Shown here one piece after another: positions 61,144-64,000 of a stretch of 64,000 nucleotides of DNA (the first letter of the stretch is position 1; every line of letters begins with the position of its first letter). The DNA is from Macrostomum hystrix. Lineage: Eukaryota; Animalia; Platyhelminthes. Below the pieces are notes generated by a model, which worked only from the letters and a program-made list of their open reading frames with translations, made no database searches and had not been told where the DNA came from. The translations under genes were made by a program, and so were the position numbers. Where the stretch lies: contig CATNEN010000002.1 of the NCBI GenBank assembly GCA_950097015.1, positions 496,001 through 560,000 of the forward strand, read 5' to 3'.

Positions 61144-63780
61144 CTATATCTGGCCCTCTTGATGGACACCTTCCATCGAATCAAGCGGCTGGCGTATGAC
61201 TTGTCCATTGCAGTCGCAGCTGACAAATGTCCTACCGTCGGTGTCAATGTGACCCACAATGTCTGTGTACAAGGTGAGGCTGCTCTCGGAGAGCTCTGCT
61301 GGCGGAAACTGACTAGATGCCCCCGGTTCTGGTTTCACCACTTGCAAGTAAACATCACCGGAGTCTGCGTAAGAGGTACCAGGCATGATTAGTGGCAGGG
61401 CAGGTGCTACAGACTTGGCCGCATTGTCATGCGTCGCTAGTGTGCCTGTTTTGCTAGGTATTGCCAGCTTTGTAGATTTGTCATTTGAGCCACATTTGGT
61501 TGGCTTAGCAGTTTTGCTGAGAGAAGCACGTTTAGCATTAGAGGCTCGATCAGATCTGGGGCGCGAGGCGGATTTGGCCGTTGACAGCGGTCGGACTCGT
61601 CTCCCAACAGCCAGTTCAGAGACTCTGCGGCCAGTGGCGCCCGTCGGCTTGCGGCGGCTGCGCACGATGCAGAGAGCCACAATGAGACCCAGGGTGAGCA
61701 GCGAGGCCGTTGTTGCCGAGATGCCAATTCCCACTGATATGAAGAACAGATGGGTGGGCTCAGTTGAAGAGCCTCCTGGAATCGAAGTGGTGGTCCATTG
61801 ATTTTCAGTAACTGAAAGTTTACATCGAGCAATGAGTATTTTAAATTTTATTTCAGCTTTTGTATGGCAGAAAAAAAACTGAATAAAATCAAAATATATA
61901 AAATTAATCAGTGTCGAATCATTCTAAATGTTGGAAAAAATAGGATACAAATGATACGTAAATTACTGTATGATATAAAGGCTAAGACAAAAATTAAACA
62001 TTTTTATTTTGGCTTGCCTGTAACTCCCGTACGAATACGGCAGTTTTATCAGTCAATTGACTTACTTATCAAACTACTGAATGCAACACTATGCGCTCAC
62101 AATCAGCTGTGAGGCTTTCTACGAGCGTAAATTCAAAACAAGGCCTAAACTTTTCTCTCCGTGGCAATGGCTGGCTGGATTAGAATATCTATGGTCTATC
62201 ACATAGGGAACCACTCCGATTATTTTTTTGCAAAAATTTCGTCTGTTAAGCCTGCATTGTGCAAACAGACAAAAGACTACAGAACGGGATTTTTATTGCA
62301 AGGATACCAGTCTAATACAGCCTTTGTCGAAAAGTCAAACAATCATTTCATTGGGTCTGAGGCAGAGCATGCGTCAACTTACAACCGTCAAAACGGAAAT
62401 TAGAAACTAGAAAACTGTTCAACCGACAATCGCATGAACTGATTAGTTGTTAGATAAGCTATTGATAAGCTACGAGCTAGCACTGCCTTTACTCAACTGA
62501 ATAATCTATGACGACTCAAAAGCAACACAAATTAAAAAGCGATCGCAATGAGCTTAGCTTAGCATTTCGCATATACAATGTACTTACTTAACTCACTGCA
62601 GTTAATTGAATGCTCTGTTCGATTGAGCACATTCTTGCCAGCTGCAGTTTGATTCACGTGGCAGACTATCCGGACATGGCTTGGAGCTTGGCATTGCTGC
62701 AGTGAAATCTTGAGAATCGTACCATTTTCAACTGGTAAAAGTTTCGGCACTGACACACTGGAATCGCTCTGCAAAGTTGGGGTAGCGCTTTGAATTTCGG
62801 AATACTTGTGAAGGGATGGACACGTCAGGCACGTCAGAAGCGCATGGATGCTTAAGAATTTGTGAAGAAATAACACGAGCGAAAGTCAGGAAGGAAGCAG
62901 AAGACGGAAATTAGGGAGCTCTTCTTAGACGATAGAATATGCTTGTATTGACATTACAAAGCTGATACGAGCGAATCTGACAAGGGCAATGGTGGGATGA
63001 TTGACAAAGTGAACTATTGCATTAGAGTATTTCAATCAATATAAGCAAAACTAGTAGCATGTTAATAATAATAATATTCCAGGAGGGCTGCGGGCAATGG
63101 CACATCATTTAGTGACACTAGACCCGCAGCAACCCCGAAACTTGTAGCGTAAAAGGACAACGAATTTCCAAACCTATATGAAGAAATGGACTCACTAAAT
63201 TCATCGAACACATTTTACTTGGCTTTGGATTCGCTTCCGAAACTGAAACTTCAACAAACGCGTGACTTTGGTTCGGTCCATGAAGCTTGAAGGTAACCTG
63301 AGGCTGATCTACAAAGAAATAAATCAATAGCAGAAACTGGTGATTGGATGATGATGAAAAATTGATGAGAACTATTCTGTATCTCTCACAAAATACGCTG
63401 ACGTTTTGAACAAGCTGATCAGCTCTGCTTGAGCACGGGTGATTGGCGATGCACACCAGTTTGGACCCGTGCATCGATCGACGCGCTGTGATGCGGAACG
63501 CGGACTGGCCGTTCGATTCAGAAATATTTTCTAGTGAGATCTTCTCCTGCAAAGCAGTTTGTTCAGTTATTTTGTGCTTATGTGATTCTTATATGCCAAT
63601 AAAGATATTGAAAAGATACAGATTGGAGTTTAGTCTTGAGCTGCAGCCAGCATTGGTGCTTCACTTGAGGGCTGTCACTGACTGAGCTGACATTGACAGA
63701 AATGACGTCGCCCTCCCAAACACCGACAGTCTGCGTTGCTGTCCATGTGCTTTCTGGCTGCTCTAAAACGGAATAATTGT
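61144..63780 (-). CDS. Ig-like single-pass receptor gene Y, 3' part (5' end lies beyond the window)
   Basis: Same Ig exons as gene X. Donor at 62597 (TGC A|gtgagt) joins acceptor tttcag|TT at 61811 in frame, giving stalk ITENQWTTTS, TM (FFISVGIGISATTASLLTLGLIVALCIV), RSRRK and a cytoplasmic tail ending at 61144. Confidence 0.65.
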
Positions 63781-64000
63781 ATCATTAAGAACACTAAACG
63801 TAAACGAATCAGTGCGCAGTGTCATCAGGCGAGACGCTGGGTTGTGTACTATTTTCCGTCAGTCTAATTATTGATTCCGGCTTCCGTTTCGACTACCTCT
63901 TCCACTTCCATCTGTTGCTACCCAAACCTCTTATTGGTCAAATCTCAAAAAATCAATCCGATTGATACAGATTGAAGTCTCGCTGTTTTGCGCTACTAAA
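62451..64000. repeat. Segmental duplication, copy 2 (runs to window end)
   Basis: Base-for-base match to 50290-51839 apart from two substitutions seen. Confidence 0.95.

Noticed and set aside
60871-61392. 173-aa plus-strand ORF
   Set aside because: It starts at GTG, overlaps the gene Y tail antisense, and has no recognisable features.

Overview
This is eukaryotic (metazoan invertebrate) genomic DNA with spliceosomal GT-AG genes, not a prokaryotic locus. A flatworm-like source such as Macrostomum is a low-confidence inference from gene and repeat style. Genes were reconstructed by hand across introns. (1) A 3-exon class A neuropeptide-type GPCR (minus, 3603-11222). (2) A tandem pair of small 3-exon prepropeptide genes (20765-21278 and 23070-24199) that are absent from the ORF track. 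Each encodes signal peptide + acidic spacer + dibasic site + a conserved 17-aa C1-C16 peptide (CRWSYSSAVGRYVYRCD / CKWIYSAIAGRYVHACS); this is the most interesting system in the window. (3) An orphan Cys/Ser-rich membrane protein ORF. (4) A TACO1/YebC-family gene. (5) Two tandem melatonin-receptor-like GPCRs with an apparent gene-conversion tract. (6) A rearranging cluster of Ig-like single-pass receptor genes, in which a near-identical 1.55-kb block (offset 12,161 bp) feeds two different transmembrane/cytoplasmic tails. About a quarter of the window is tandem minisatellite. Two tRNA-derived SINE families, a TIR-bearing MITE, and LINE and hAT remnants are also present. No CRISPR array, rRNA or bona fide tRNA was found. 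All gene models are manual predictions without transcript support.
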